Below are positions 36,690-48,991 of a stretch of DNA of 64,000 nt, in pieces. The notes beneath the pieces are model-generated. The model saw nothing but the letters and a program-made list of their open reading frames with translations. It did no database searches and was not told the origin of the DNA. Made by a program: the position numbers and the translations under genes. The stretch spans positions 6,733-70,732 of the forward strand of contig JAUCBJ010003340.1 in NCBI GenBank assembly GCA_032718475.1, written 5' to 3'. Positions within the stretch are counted from its first letter, which is position 1, and each line of letters opens with the position of its first letter. The stretch comes from Nemertoderma westbladi (taxonomy: Eukaryota > Animalia > Xenacoelomorpha).

Positions 36690-37710
36690 TTTTAATCTGC
36701 ACTCCAACCCAAAGTCACAGACGGTATGTCAGATTGATGGCAGGTAAGTATTGACAGTGAATTTGTGTTTTATAATCAAGATTGTAGGCGATCCAGTATA
36801 CTTATACTGATGTCGATGTAGTAATGATATTGAAATATTTTTAAAATGATTTACCCTGTTTAATGCCTCAGAGAAAAAATGTAGGCCATTCTAGGATAAG
36901 AACATTTAACAGAAATCCCATAAAAAAAAATAATCATGTTATTATATCATATCTGAGAACGCAAGCAATCAAATATTAACAAACACTAATAGGAATAGGT
37001 TGGCAGGCAGGGAGGCGTGCTTACCAACCTGGTTGAGCAGGCAATATCTAACCCAGTCTTGTATAGTTGTATCCCACCCCCCCCCCCCCCCCCCCCCGCC
37101 CCATGCCCAATGGTCAACCCAGCTAGTATCAGCTCCACCTGATCTATTGACCAATAACTGAGCAGTATCCTATTTTGATATTACTGTTAATTGTTAATTA
37201 TATTTGGATCAATTAAAAAACATTTTTACAGAAAATCACTTGAACTAATTAAAAACTACAATAGAACTATTGACAAACTACTTGTGTACCAAGTTTGGTT
37301 AGATTTGATTGAGGATTGGACGAGTTATTTACGTTTAAATATTGGACACGACAGAGCGACAGACATCAACAGGTTTGTGGGGTCTTCGCGCAACACGAGG
37401 GTTAGTTATGAGTCACAAGTTAAAATTGAGAAATTGAAAATTAACCAAACCGCCAATCAATAAAAGAAAGGGGGACAGTGTGTTGTTCTCCTTTAAATCC
37501 GCACCCCAACCCACAGACAGACGGTACCGCAGTACATGAGATTGATGCCAGGTAGGTATTGACAGTGAATTTGTGTTTTATGGGTAAAATTAAGATCGTA
37601 GGCTGCTCAATTTGTCAGAAATATGGTAAAATTATCTCATCCCGCTAATGATATTTAAATATTATAAGATTAATTAACCCTGAATGCCTCAGTGAAAATA
37701 TGTAGGTACC
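36690..37710 (+). repeat. Two diverged direct copies of a ~200-bp segment (36690-36890, 37495-37710)
   Basis: Shared gattgatg.caggta.gtattgacagtgaatttgtgttttat and aatgcctcag.gaaaa.atgtagg. Confidence 0.75.
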
Positions 37711-38257
37711 GCGGTATGCAGCTTTGCTTGTTCTTTGACTGGGATCTCTGTTTGACCTCAGCATCCCATAATCTCCATTGCGGAAATTTCATTTAACCTA
37801 AACAGTAAATACCAGAAAATTCTGGGTAGGCCTACATCACTTGTGGGCATGTAGACCAGCAATGGGAGAGTACCACAAAATAGTGCACTAAATGAGGGTA
37901 TACCCAGAAAAATTTAAAAAATATTTTTGACCCACCTGTTTCCAATTTGACCAACTGAAATATAAATACTAAACGAGATACTACAAGCAGTACAAGCCCT
38001 ACATTGTAGTATACTGTATATACACTGTACAACAATTGATCATTTGCTCAGCAGTCAGGCAGTAATTTTTTATGTCCGTTTATTTGATTTATTTGTCCGC
38101 TTTACGAATTGTGGATAATGACTTTTGTTGTCCGTTTAATGACTTTTTATGTATGTATTTCTTCAAACTGTCTGTTAAAATTTGCACACAGCTTAATTTG
38201 TTATTAATTTGTCACCGCGAGTTTGGTCGTTCCTACATCTCTTCTTAACAATCTTCA

Positions 38258-38325
38258 AACTGTCAGACAGCTGATTTCTGGACTGTCAGACAGCTGATTT
38301 CTGGACTGTCAGACAGTTGATTTCA
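38258..38325 (+). repeat. 22-bp tandem repeat x3
   Basis: actgtcagacagctgatttctgg unit. Confidence 0.8.
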
Positions 38326-38799
38326 ACATGCCTGTGCCAAAACATTCAAAATTTGTTGATTTCTTGACTTTCAGACAGTTTAATTTACAATAATTGTGGC
38401 AAAACATTCAAAATTCCATGATTTATAGACTATAAGATAGATTTCCATATGCACCTGTGGTAAAAGAAGAAAAATTTAATAATTAAATTTAAGAAAATTT
38501 AATAGTCTGTGGTTGTTGTCGATAATCGATTACCATATGACGTAGCGAAACACTCAATTTATAGCCAAAAAACCAATTCCATTCAATTAACTACCAATTC
38601 ATGGAAATGAGCAGGTTACGAAGCATGCTTTTCTAACCAAGACCAAGACCAAGTTTCATTTTCATATTTAACTTGAACAGGTTAGATTATTAACACAAAT
38701 ATCAAGATTAACTATTTCATAGATTATGGCCTACAGAGTTTATGTTACAGTATGTTACATTGTTACTATGTTACAGTAAGCAGTTTCAACATTACAGTT

Positions 38800-41432
38800 T
38801 CTTCGCGGTCTTGTCTGCAGTCATTGGGGTCTATAGTGGTGGGGTAACATCCGCATTGGCATGCACAACATCAGCAATGAAGTCCCGGATCTCGTTGTGC
38901 CTGATAATAATAATAATAATAATAAACAAATTTATTTTTGTTATTGCAGGCGCCCTTAGGGATCAGTGCGATCTTATCAGGGCGCCTGCAGCTAACTACC
39001 TAACCTAATTAAAACAACCAGTACCTATATACCTGTTCCATCAGTCACTTAATTAATAATAATACACTAAACAAACTGGACAAAAATACTAAAAGAGACT
39101 AGTTTTTAGTTTGTTTTTAAAGGTGTCATAGTTAATACCTCCAGTGCAGAATCTCATGTCGCTGGGTAGGGAGTTCCAGACTTGCGCTGCGTTGTAGTAG
39201 AAGGCCTTGCGCGCTTGCTCATTGACCGTATGCGGAACGTTTAGTTTGATTACGTCATTGGAGCGGAGAACACGCGAATCTGTTTGTATGTTTACATCCA
39301 GTCTCAGATATAAGGGAGCGTTCCCCGAGACACACTTGTATGTTACACAGGCTACTTTATAGTCAATTCTGGATTCAATTGGTAGCCAATGTAGTGATCT
39401 CAACATTGCTGAAGCAGAGTTGTAAACATAGCAGCCATTAATCACATTATAACGTGGAACATTAGTGATCAACCGAGCAGCGCTATTCTGCACAGTTTGT
39501 AATCGTCTCCGTACAGTTTTAGCCGATGACTTTAGGATTCCATTCGAATAATCGAGACGACTCGTTATGAAAGAGTGTGTTAAGGTTTCAAGCGAGGATC
39601 TGGGTAGATACGATCGAATTTTGTACAGGGAGCGAAGGTAGTATTTAGTTTTCGCTGCTGTACTCACAATGTGCTCTTTAAATTTTAAATGCGAATCAAA
39701 AACTACACCCAGGCACTTAACTTGGCTTGAGAAAGGAATTCTAAAACTTCGGAAATTTAAAATTTGGGAATCATCAGGAATCTTCTTGCACTGCTGGAAG
39801 TCCCATAGACAATTATATCTGTTTTATCAGGATTAATTCGCAAGTGATTCTTGTCCATCCAACATGCTGCAGTATGTAGTGCCACTGACAATTTATCTTT
39901 AATGGTAGAAAAATCTTGAGGTTTACCAGTTGCAAAGAATTGGGTATCATCAGCATAATTGGATGATTTGGATCCAAGCGGGCCAATACGCCAGAAAAGG
40001 TCTGTCATGTACGCATTAAATAGGGTAGGACCAAGGATACTGCCCTGTGGAACACCCGTTTCTAGCAGTACCATATCAGACGTACTCCCTTCGATTTTTA
40101 CTCGCTGGTATCTATCATGTAGGTATGATCCCAATAATTTCAATGCAGTCCCAGAGAAACCAAATTCGGTCTCTAACTTAGATAGAAGAGTCACGTGGTT
40201 AACGGTGTCAAAAGCAGCACTTAGGTCTATATATGCACAGATAGTTATATTTTTGTTCTCCATTGCTTTCAGGAACTGACTATGTAAGAAAAGATTCACG
40301 GTTTCAGTCGAGTGATTCTGTCTGTATCCAGACTGGGAGGAGTGAAAGGCAAACTGTTGGTTGGCTCTGAACATAATCGCTTTCTCTATAACCTTTGAGA
40401 TAAAACTTAGATTACTGACTGGCCTGTAGTTATTCAAACATTCAGGATCCAGCGACGGCTTTTTCAGTAATGGCCTCACAACTGCCACTTTCAGAAATCT
40501 AGGGAATTCTCCTTTACATAAGACCTGATTCACGTAATTTGTCAGCGGCCGGATAATAAGAGTCGAGTTCACAAGATGCGCTTGACATGTTTTTGATCAG
40601 TTTGGACAATTCTGCCTCTGATAGGGGTAAAAATTCCTCAAACTGCTTCTCGTAGAGTTTCGGTAAGTTTCTGCAGTCGCAATGCATGTCAAAAGATTTT
40701 ACGATATTGCGAACCTTTCCAACGAAGAAATCAGAGAATTTGATCGCTAGATCTGAGCAGTTTCCCAGGGTTGTAGGTAGTATTGGTGAGTTTGACTTTC
40801 CTAATAAGCGTTTGAATTGTTTCCAGAGGGCACGGGATAGAAGGAAATCCTCCGATACAGACGACAGAACGTGGGAAGGAGAAAATCGCTCCTCACAGAC
40901 ACAACGAGACGGTAGAGACTTTGGCATCCACCCATAACGGAGGCACAGGGCATCCCTGAATTTACCCTTGTCCAGGTGGGTGTCCTGGAGGATGAGTGGC
41001 TTTGTGTTGAGCCAGATAGAAGCGCCCTTTTCGGTGGTCAGTCTGTGGAGCCGTCGCTGGGGAGGAGATGACTTTCCCACCACTTCCTCTCTCTTTTCCA
41101 TCGACTGGAGCAGCGCCTCTACCTTCAACCTGCCCACCACCTCCTTGTGTTTCTCCCGGACCTGCGCCATTGTATCCGGTGTGGCGGTGATGAATGGCTC
41201 ACAGACCCGAAGCGAGTAGGTAAACTGATGTGACAGGTCAGTGGGCACTGGAATGACGATACCCCCATCACGGACTGGCAGGGAGAGCAACAGGCGTTCC
41301 TCTTTTGAGATAGCAGGCCGATCGGTGAGACGGCAAAGGAATCGATTAACAGCTTCCTCCAACAGGGTGAGATGGGCTGGCGCGGTGGCTACAACACGGG
41401 TGATGAATGGCCACTGACAGGCAAGGCCAAAC
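38800..41432 (-). mobile_element. CRE-clade retrotransposon C-terminal fragment split by an L2 insertion
   Basis: LSLPVRDGG, KGASIWL, FRDALCLRYGW, C.C...F...H, CIGGFPSI (to 40836) continues as RHNEIRD at 38902. Confidence 0.85.
38907..40835 (-). mobile_element. 5'-truncated L2-clade LINE
   Basis: NYRPVSNL, DLSAAFDTV, GVPQGSILGP, YADD, SRLDYSN, LHWLPI; 3' stem-loop ggcgccct...agggcgcc and (TAT)n tail; gata at both junctions. Confidence 0.93.
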
Positions 41433-42260
41433 GCTTTTCTAACCAAAAATAGTCAACGATCACTTAACTAATTGAGGGAAAGGAACAGGTTACAGAGGTG
41501 GGACAATCCAACCAAAACAATAACCAGTCACTTTACCAAATGAAGGAAAGGAGCAGGTCACATAGGCGGGCTTTCTAACCAAAACAATAAACGGTCACTT
41601 TACCAAATCAGGGAAAGGAGCAGGTTACAGAGGCGGGATTTTCTAACCAAAACAATAAACGATCACTTAACTAATTCAGGGAAAGGAGCAGGTTACAGAG
41701 GCGTGATTTTATAACCAAAACAATAAACAGTCACTTTAGCAATTGAGGGAAAGGAGCAGAAAAAGGGGGGCTTTTCCAACCAAAACTATAACCGATCACT
41801 TTACCCATTGAGGCAAAGGAGCAGGTTCCAGAGGCAGGCTTTTCTAACCAAAACAATAAACGAGCACCTTACCAATTGAGGGAACGGAGCAGGTTACATA
41901 ACTGGCTATTCTAACCAAAACAATAACAATCACTTTACCTATTGAGGCAAAGGAGCAGGTTTCAGAGATGGGTTTTTCTAACCAAAACAATAAACGATCA
42001 CTTTATCTATTGGAGGGAAGGAGCAGGTTACATAGTTGTGCTATTCTAACCAAAACAATAAACTTTACGTATTAGGGGAAAGGAGCAGGTTACAGAGGCG
42101 GGCTTTTCTAACTAAAACAATAAACGGTCACTTTACCAATTGGGGGAAAGAGCAGGGTACAGAGGCGGTGTTTCTAACCAAAACAATAAATGATCACTTT
42201 AGCAATTGGGGAAATGAGCAGGCTACAGAAACGTAATTTTCTAACCAAAACAATAAGCGA
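41433..42260 (+). repeat. 68-bp tandem satellite, ~12 copies
   Basis: Consensus cttttctaaccaaaacaataaacgatcactttaccaattgagggaaaggagcaggttacagaggcggg. Confidence 0.95.
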
Positions 42261-43025
42261 TATAAAAAAAAGTAAAGTAAATTTTCTTCGGCCACTAGGC
42301 CAGGGATTACACACAAAGTCTGACGACTTATTTCCAGTGCTTTCCCCCCAGAACTGTAATCCCCAGAGAAAACTCCAGTACTAATTTAGCTACCACTTAA
42401 GGATGCAAGGCAGAGATGCGCCCTGGCTGGATACTACTTTACCAATTGAGGAAAAGGAGCATTTTACGTCGGCATTATTTTACATTATGTACAGTTGTAT
42501 ATATCCTTTATTGGGACACCTTCTTTGCTTTTTAGCTAAAACAGCACCGATATTTTCGATATCAGTGTGTTTTCGCTACCAAATGGGGAATAAGTAGATT
42601 TTTCGAACACATTGTATGTGGACTGATCTGTAAGTTTAGAACTAACTACATTATAGATTTAGAGGTGCCACTTCAGCTACCCGTAACATTACAGTAGTCA
42701 TGATCCATTTTAAATGCATTATCCAGATATGTATCAATTATCTAAAATTTATCAATTATTTAAAAGGTAGCGCGGTCAGCCGGGACTGAAGTGATGAAGA
42801 AGTTTATTAATTACCATCATTCTCTCATTTACAACTGTTTAGGCTACATATCAGAGTACCGGTATCAGTATCTATTGTACATAGTAGCTGAGTAGTATAA
42901 TGCTATATAATTCTCTCTACTCTAAGGCATAAGCTTTACACTTACATACAATACAGCAATACTGCAAAATACTGCTCTATATACTAATACCGGTACTGAT
43001 ACTAAAGTTCAAATTTTCCGCCAAT

Positions 43026-43400
43026 CTAATACCATAGCTGAAGGGCTACCCCCATCTCTGTTTGTTTATTCAAAAGGGGTATTGTCGCCTCTTTTATGCT
43101 CAAAGATTCGGCAATACGTACATGACTCCTTTTTTGACACATATATGCGATTTTAAAACTATCGCTCGGCGGACGCACCTGCCCACATATTGGCCAGTGC
43201 TCCGAAACAGATGTCCCTCCCGCAGTACGCCTATGTTCGGAAACCCTATCATGGAAATGGCGCACAGTGTGGCCAATGTACGCCTTTTGACAGGCATGAC
43301 ATTCGTACTTATATACGATATTTGATCGAAGGGGTTCCGGAACACGATCTTTATTAGGGAACAGACTGCCAACCTTTTTTGCTCTAAAGGCCATAAGCAA
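43026..43400 (-). mobile_element. Penelope-like element 3' fragment encoding a GIY-YIG endonuclease
   Basis: KDRVP..LRSNIVYKYEC..C.KAYIGHT.R....RVSEH...SEH...IAESLSI...LNKQ. Confidence 0.9.
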
Positions 43401-43565
43401 CTTATAATCTCTGGGTAATACTGAATTGATTAATTTTTTATTTAAGTTTTTATTATTTTATAATGTTTACTCGAACGTTTACAATGTTAACTCTAGCTAC
43501 TTTATCATCTTTACATACTATTTGATATTGGCTCTGAAGCTTCAGCGTGGATTGGGGCTCCCCTC

Positions 43566-44260
43566 TACTGTGGCCCATAGTGGCCACTCCTTACTTACAC
43601 AAAATTTTGCAGGATGCGCGCGCGCGCGGGGTTTTATGTGTGCGCGCGCGGTATTATCAATATATGTGTGCGCATGCGGTTATGTTATGCGAGCGTGCGG
43701 TATTTAATTTAATGTGTGAGCGCGCGCTATTTTATGCGTGTGCGTGCGGTATATAATGTGCGCGCGCAGTAACTGAAATATTAGCGCCATTTCGCCTCCC
43801 CAGTCTTAAGTCATTTAAACGGCGCCGGAGTGATCTGTAGCTTATATGGCGAACAATTTCGAAGTAGGTTAATCCGTCCATAAAATATTTCATTTTTTGG
43901 TTTAAATTAGCCATTTAATAACTATAGTATGCAACTAAATAGATTAGCAGCAATTAATTGTATACAATACAATTCAATACATTGAAGTACAGTACAATGA
44001 CGAATTGACATGTCCTTATAGAGGCAATGACTAATATACACAAATTAACACGAGGATGGTTGTTGCTAAGTAACAAGTATTCAAGCACACATTAAATTTA
44101 ATATTTTAAATTACAAACATTGAATACCGCACGCTCGCATAACATAATCGCACGCGCACACATATTGAAAATACCGCGCGCGCACACATAAAATCCTCCG
44201 CGCGCGCGCATCCTGCAAATATTTTGTGTAAGTAAGGAGTGGCCACTATAGGCCACCGTA
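43566..44260 (-). mobile_element. Non-autonomous TIR element, probably IS3EU-like
   Basis: ~140-bp CpG-rich TIRs, termini tac(t/g)gtggcc / ggccaccgta; internal remnant YFMDGLTYFEI..ISYRSLRRRLNDLRLGRR (43732-43914). Confidence 0.7.
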
Positions 44261-45319
44261 CCCTTCAGACTTTAATGCTTTCTATTATTTTTAAGCGTCC
44301 ACAAAATAGGTCTGAGTCCACAAAATAGGTCTGAGACGTAAAATTATTTTGACGCGTCCCCTTGACGCGTTGGTTGGGGCTGTTCTCATAGCAACCACTG
44401 CAACCTATAGTATGTATAATCTTTACGCGTGGCGCTTTCGCATGACGCGTGGCGACGCGTCCGCGTTGGTTAGGGCTCCCTCCCCCTTTAGAATCCGGTC
44501 AGCTAGCCGCTGCGAAAATTTTATCAAATTGTTAGGGCCGTTTTTGCTCTGGGTCAGTAGCAAGGCGTACTATATACGTAAATCGTACGATTATACTACT
44601 GTATAATGCGTATATACTGTAGTACGCCTTGGTCAGTAGTCGGTAGTAGGTAGTGGTCGGTAACTATTTTTTCTTACAGTAACCAAGTCAACGACTATTT
44701 TTTACTTGCTATTCAGTTCTCAAAAAACCGATTTTAAGGAATACTGCATTTCGTCAAAATTATCATTTTATGGGTGAAAAATTGTTTCTGTGATTATGCG
44801 CTAATTATAGACCTACAGTAACAATCCAAATGCAATTGGTGTAACGCAAGGCTTTTACTGTACTAAAGCTGCCAACTAAGGTGTTCACACAATCGCACCT
44901 TTCCTTAGTGTTAAAATTTGGAAACACAAAGTAGGCGTAACACTTAATTACTGTAACATCATAACGAATAATTTATAAGGCCTCGTAAATTACATTTTGT
45001 CAATGTTTGCCATATTTAATATTTAAATCAAACATTCGCAATGTCACGTGATTATTTTTTAAGGCAGTTATTCTTCGGTATCAATTTTTTTATATTTTTT
45101 ACCCATTTTATTTAATCATTTTACCAATATTTTTTCAAATTATTTTTTTTACCCGTTTTATTGTTCTTTTTTACCCAAAAATATTATGAAATCCAGATTG
45201 TCAGAATTTCCACCGGCAGCGGCAGACTGGTTGAGAAAACCTGAGTTTAACATAAGCGAGAGAAAACACTTAGAATTGTTGACAACTTCAGTACATTTCA
45301 CTGCAAATTTAAAATTTGC

Positions 45320-45625
45320 AGTCACTTTACAAATAGGAGGAAAGGAGCAGGTTACAGAGGCCAGTTTTTCTAACCAAAACAATAAAACGATCACGTTACA
45401 AATTGAGGGAAAGGAGCAGGTTACAGATGCGAGTTTATCTAAACAAAACAATAAACGATCACTTTAGAAATTGAGGGAATGGAGCAGGTTACAGAAGCGA
45501 GTTTTTCTATCCAAAACAATAAACGATCATTTAACTAATTGAGGGAAAGGGGCAGGTTACAGAGGCGAGTTTTTCTATCCAAAACAATAAACGATCACTT
45601 TACCAATTGATGGAAAGGAGCACTT
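45320..45625 (+). repeat. 68-bp satellite, ~4.5 copies
   Basis: Same monomer as 41433-42260. Confidence 0.92.
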
Positions 45626-48488
45626 TACATGCACATTTATTTAAATTTTATACTCTAGGCCTCTGAAATAATGTTTGAGGCTAGGTCTAAAGTACTGCAC
45701 CGGTACTGACCAATAAGTAATAAGTACAGTATTTATTGGCAACTGGGTAGAGTGAACTGTAGTAATATTTTTGAGGTTAGGTTTAAATTACGGTACCGGA
45801 ACCGGTACTTAACTAGAGCAGTACTACTGTATATGGTAGCATAAACGGCAGTACGGTAACTGGTTAAAAAATAGGTGAAATTATATAAAAAAATGGGTAA
45901 AAAAAATTGGGTAAAATTATTAATTAGATGGGTAAGAAAAAATAATCACGATTTTATAATTCACAGGCGATAAAATCATCGACTTCGGGGAATTTCGAAC
46001 ACTGGTACACGAGCTCGCAAAGGATCTGGAGATGTGAGACTCAGGCTTATTAATTAATTCAAAATTAATTAATTAGGTGCCCAATGATTGTCAGCCTTGA
46101 AGAAGAGATTCAGTGATGGTGAACCATTTTTATTGTTCAGTTGATGTTGTCCTTTTGTAATTATCTATGTCTATCGATGTCCGCATTTACTGTACATGTA
46201 GAGATACTAGAACTGCATTTTTATATGCTTATTAAAAGTAGCTTAGATTATATTTATGGTATTTATACATTTCAGTGTATGTTCTACAGTATAGTTTTCG
46301 CTCACTACGTTGCACGACACAGTGTGTTTTCCTAATTGCATCATAATGACTTTAATTAATGTCAGATGTACTGTAACTGTAAATAAAAGGTGGTAGGCCC
46401 TCATATGGAGTGTAGTACTGTATTAACTATATACGTCATTGTTCATAAAATAGCACTTCATTACGGCACGAGTGATTTTGATAACAAAACGAGGGCCGCA
46501 AAAGCATTAAAGTGCTAATTACAGTATGAACAATGGCGAATCTAATTTTATTTATTTGTGGGGAATTATTTGTAGTTATGCATTTAAACTTTCTAGAACA
46601 ACCTAATAATGACACGGTGACATACTGGAGGGATATACTGGAAATACATACAGTAAATGTATGGGGCGTAAGGACATACTGAGAAATAATGTCACACTGA
46701 GATATAAAGTTGGAAAACATGTCGTCCTGGCGATTCGATAGTGCGAAATTAATTCCATACAATTAAATAAAGTGTACCGGTATATACTGTATACGGTGGT
46801 AGGCCCTCAATATGGAGTGTAGTAACGTATCTATTATACGTACTGTATGTCGCAATGGTGTTCATGTTAACTGATAATAATTATAGATATAATAATGTAT
46901 ACTGTATAATGTACTGTGCACTGTATGTTCAGGTACAGAATGTAGGCCTATTAGTCCGTGATAGCCTAACATGTAAATAAGTGTTTCTAGACCTACTGTA
47001 TGACCCCCCCCCCCCCCGCACTACTGTATGTACAAGTGGACTTTTACGCTGTAGAATAATAAATGCATAAATTTATGTACTGTGACGGTGTAATTGTGTA
47101 ATTTTAAATGTAAAATTAAATTTTGACACCTCCGTCGCGACACTGCTACGGAGTTCATGTTAACCCAAAACTAAAGAATCGAATGCCTTCACAGCTGAAC
47201 CGAATCCGACTCTGTATATTTCTTCGGCCAACTCTATACGGTTGATGCTGCCATTTAAGTTGTGGAGTATTCTGTACTATGTATTGCCTTGTGTCACATT
47301 TAAATCACAGAGAGGTAACGAGTATGATACCTATTCAAAAAGTCGTCACTCTTGCCATAATTTGATTTTGTAAAAATGTATGGGTAATCCGCATTTAAAA
47401 TAAAATCCCTACCGGTAATTAATATGCTAATTTTTGAGCTAAGGGCCTAGAAGTATTGGGTGGGTCTATATTTTTACGATTACGGTAACAATGGAACAAA
47501 CAATGTATAAATAAACCAATCGTGCTATTACTGTATAAAATGTTATTACATACAGTACTTTATATGTACATAGTTATATGATGGACGGCGAGTTGCTGTT
47601 CTGTTTCACCAAGACCGTGATATGTCGGGTTCTAAATTACACAAACATCCGACAGTTTTTTTTTTACTTAAAGTTTTCTTTATACTTATATTGACAAACT
47701 CTCCCCATTATTGGGAATATTATTTGAAATTTATTGTATGCCTTGCCTACAGTAGGTTCTAGCAGATTTGATGTGCTCCCTAATGGATGTTTAGTATTCC
47801 ACACTAACAATAATTAGAAAAGTAAGAAAAAATATCCTGCAGTTTACCTAAAAGATTTGTTGAAAACTTAATGATATATGTATATACGGCGAATAAAAAA
47901 AGTACCATTTCACGTCTATCCCAACATAAAAAAAATTGTGTGCTATGTTTTGCAGATTATAAATGGAATAAATTGTATCAGATTACTATTAAAGAATTCC
48001 ATGCTCATTATTACAGTTATTCATAATTTCAGAAGGCTCTTATACTGTACCTATTACAGTAGATTTGAGATATCAATGCGACAGTGACTAGCAGTTGGCC
48101 TACATTAGCTGTAGGCATTACAAACAGTAATTACAGAGAGAGGGAGACACTGGGAAGGGGGCTTGTTAAATAGAGTCTTAATTTAAAGTAGCACACACGC
48201 ACACAATCCTTTAAATAAAATTAATTATTTACATTATAACGAAACTTCTCATGAGAGCTGCAGGGCAATGTAACACTTTATACACAAAGAACTAAAGAAC
48301 ACATTCGTATTCTTGCGTTGTAAGCCTATGTATAGTATATATTGGCATTGTTGGTGTTTAGAAATGTTTACAAATTGATTTATTTTGATATAGAGGCTTT
48401 TTGGTATTAGTGAGTAACCTGTTTACTGTACTTATAAGTTATGATGTAATATAAATGGTTTTGTTCAGAAGTTGAAAAAAATGAGAAA

Positions 48489-48592
48489 GCGCGTCACCGG
48501 GGGGGTTGAAACAGCGCTATACAGTACGTACGTTTCGACCTAACAGGCCTCATCTGTAGCGCTAACCAGCTCAGCCACTAGCCCCTGACACT
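48489..48592 (-). ncRNA. Pol III A box - minimal hammerhead - B box unit (family B, mutated core)
   Basis: Minus strand reads tggctgagctgg-tt-agcgcta-CAGATGA-ggcc-tgtta-ggtc-GAAA-cgtacg-TA-(ctgta)-tagcgct-gtttcaacccc. Confidence 0.8.
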
Positions 48593-48906
48593 CAAACTCC
48601 CAACTAATCCACTTCTATTGAACAGGCAGTCTTACGTTGTATTATCTCTAACAGCGGACCTAATGGCCTCAAGTATGCTAGAGTGAAACAGGAGGGAAGT
48701 ACAAATAAATAAATATTCAGCTCGAGTATTGCTGCCAGGTGATATTAATTAAATACATTGGAGATGAGCTGTTGCAACTGTAATTAATTATGTAATGTAA
48801 ATGGTTTTGTTCAGAAGTGGAAAAAATGAAAAAGCGCGTCACCGGTGGGGGGGGGGGGGGGGGGGGTGAACTGCCCGTTCAATAGAAGTGGATTAGGTGG
48901 GAGTGA

Positions 48907-48991
48907 GTGTCAGGGGCTAGTGGCTGAGCTGGTTAGCTTAGTGTTAGGCCGAAACGTACGTATAGCGCTGGTTCAACCCCCGGTGACGCGC
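48907..48991 (+). ncRNA. Pol III A box - hammerhead remnant - B box unit (family B, CUGAUGA deleted)
   Basis: tggctgagctgg...tgttaggcc-GAAA-cgtacg-TA-tagcgct-ggttcaacccc. Confidence 0.75.

Noticed and set aside
40514-41446. 310-aa ORF as a novel fusion gene
   Set aside because: Chance read-through across the CRE/L2 insertion junction; its start lies in satellite sequence
41433-42260. Regular repeats resembling a CRISPR array
   Set aside because: Whole 68-bp units repeat with no unique spacers; no cas genes; eukaryotic context
42821-42856. Possible hammerhead downstream of the Penelope GIY-YIG ORF (ctgatatg...taaacagttgta on -)
   Set aside because: Position fits a pseudo-LTR, but both core boxes and stem II are broken; cannot be supported
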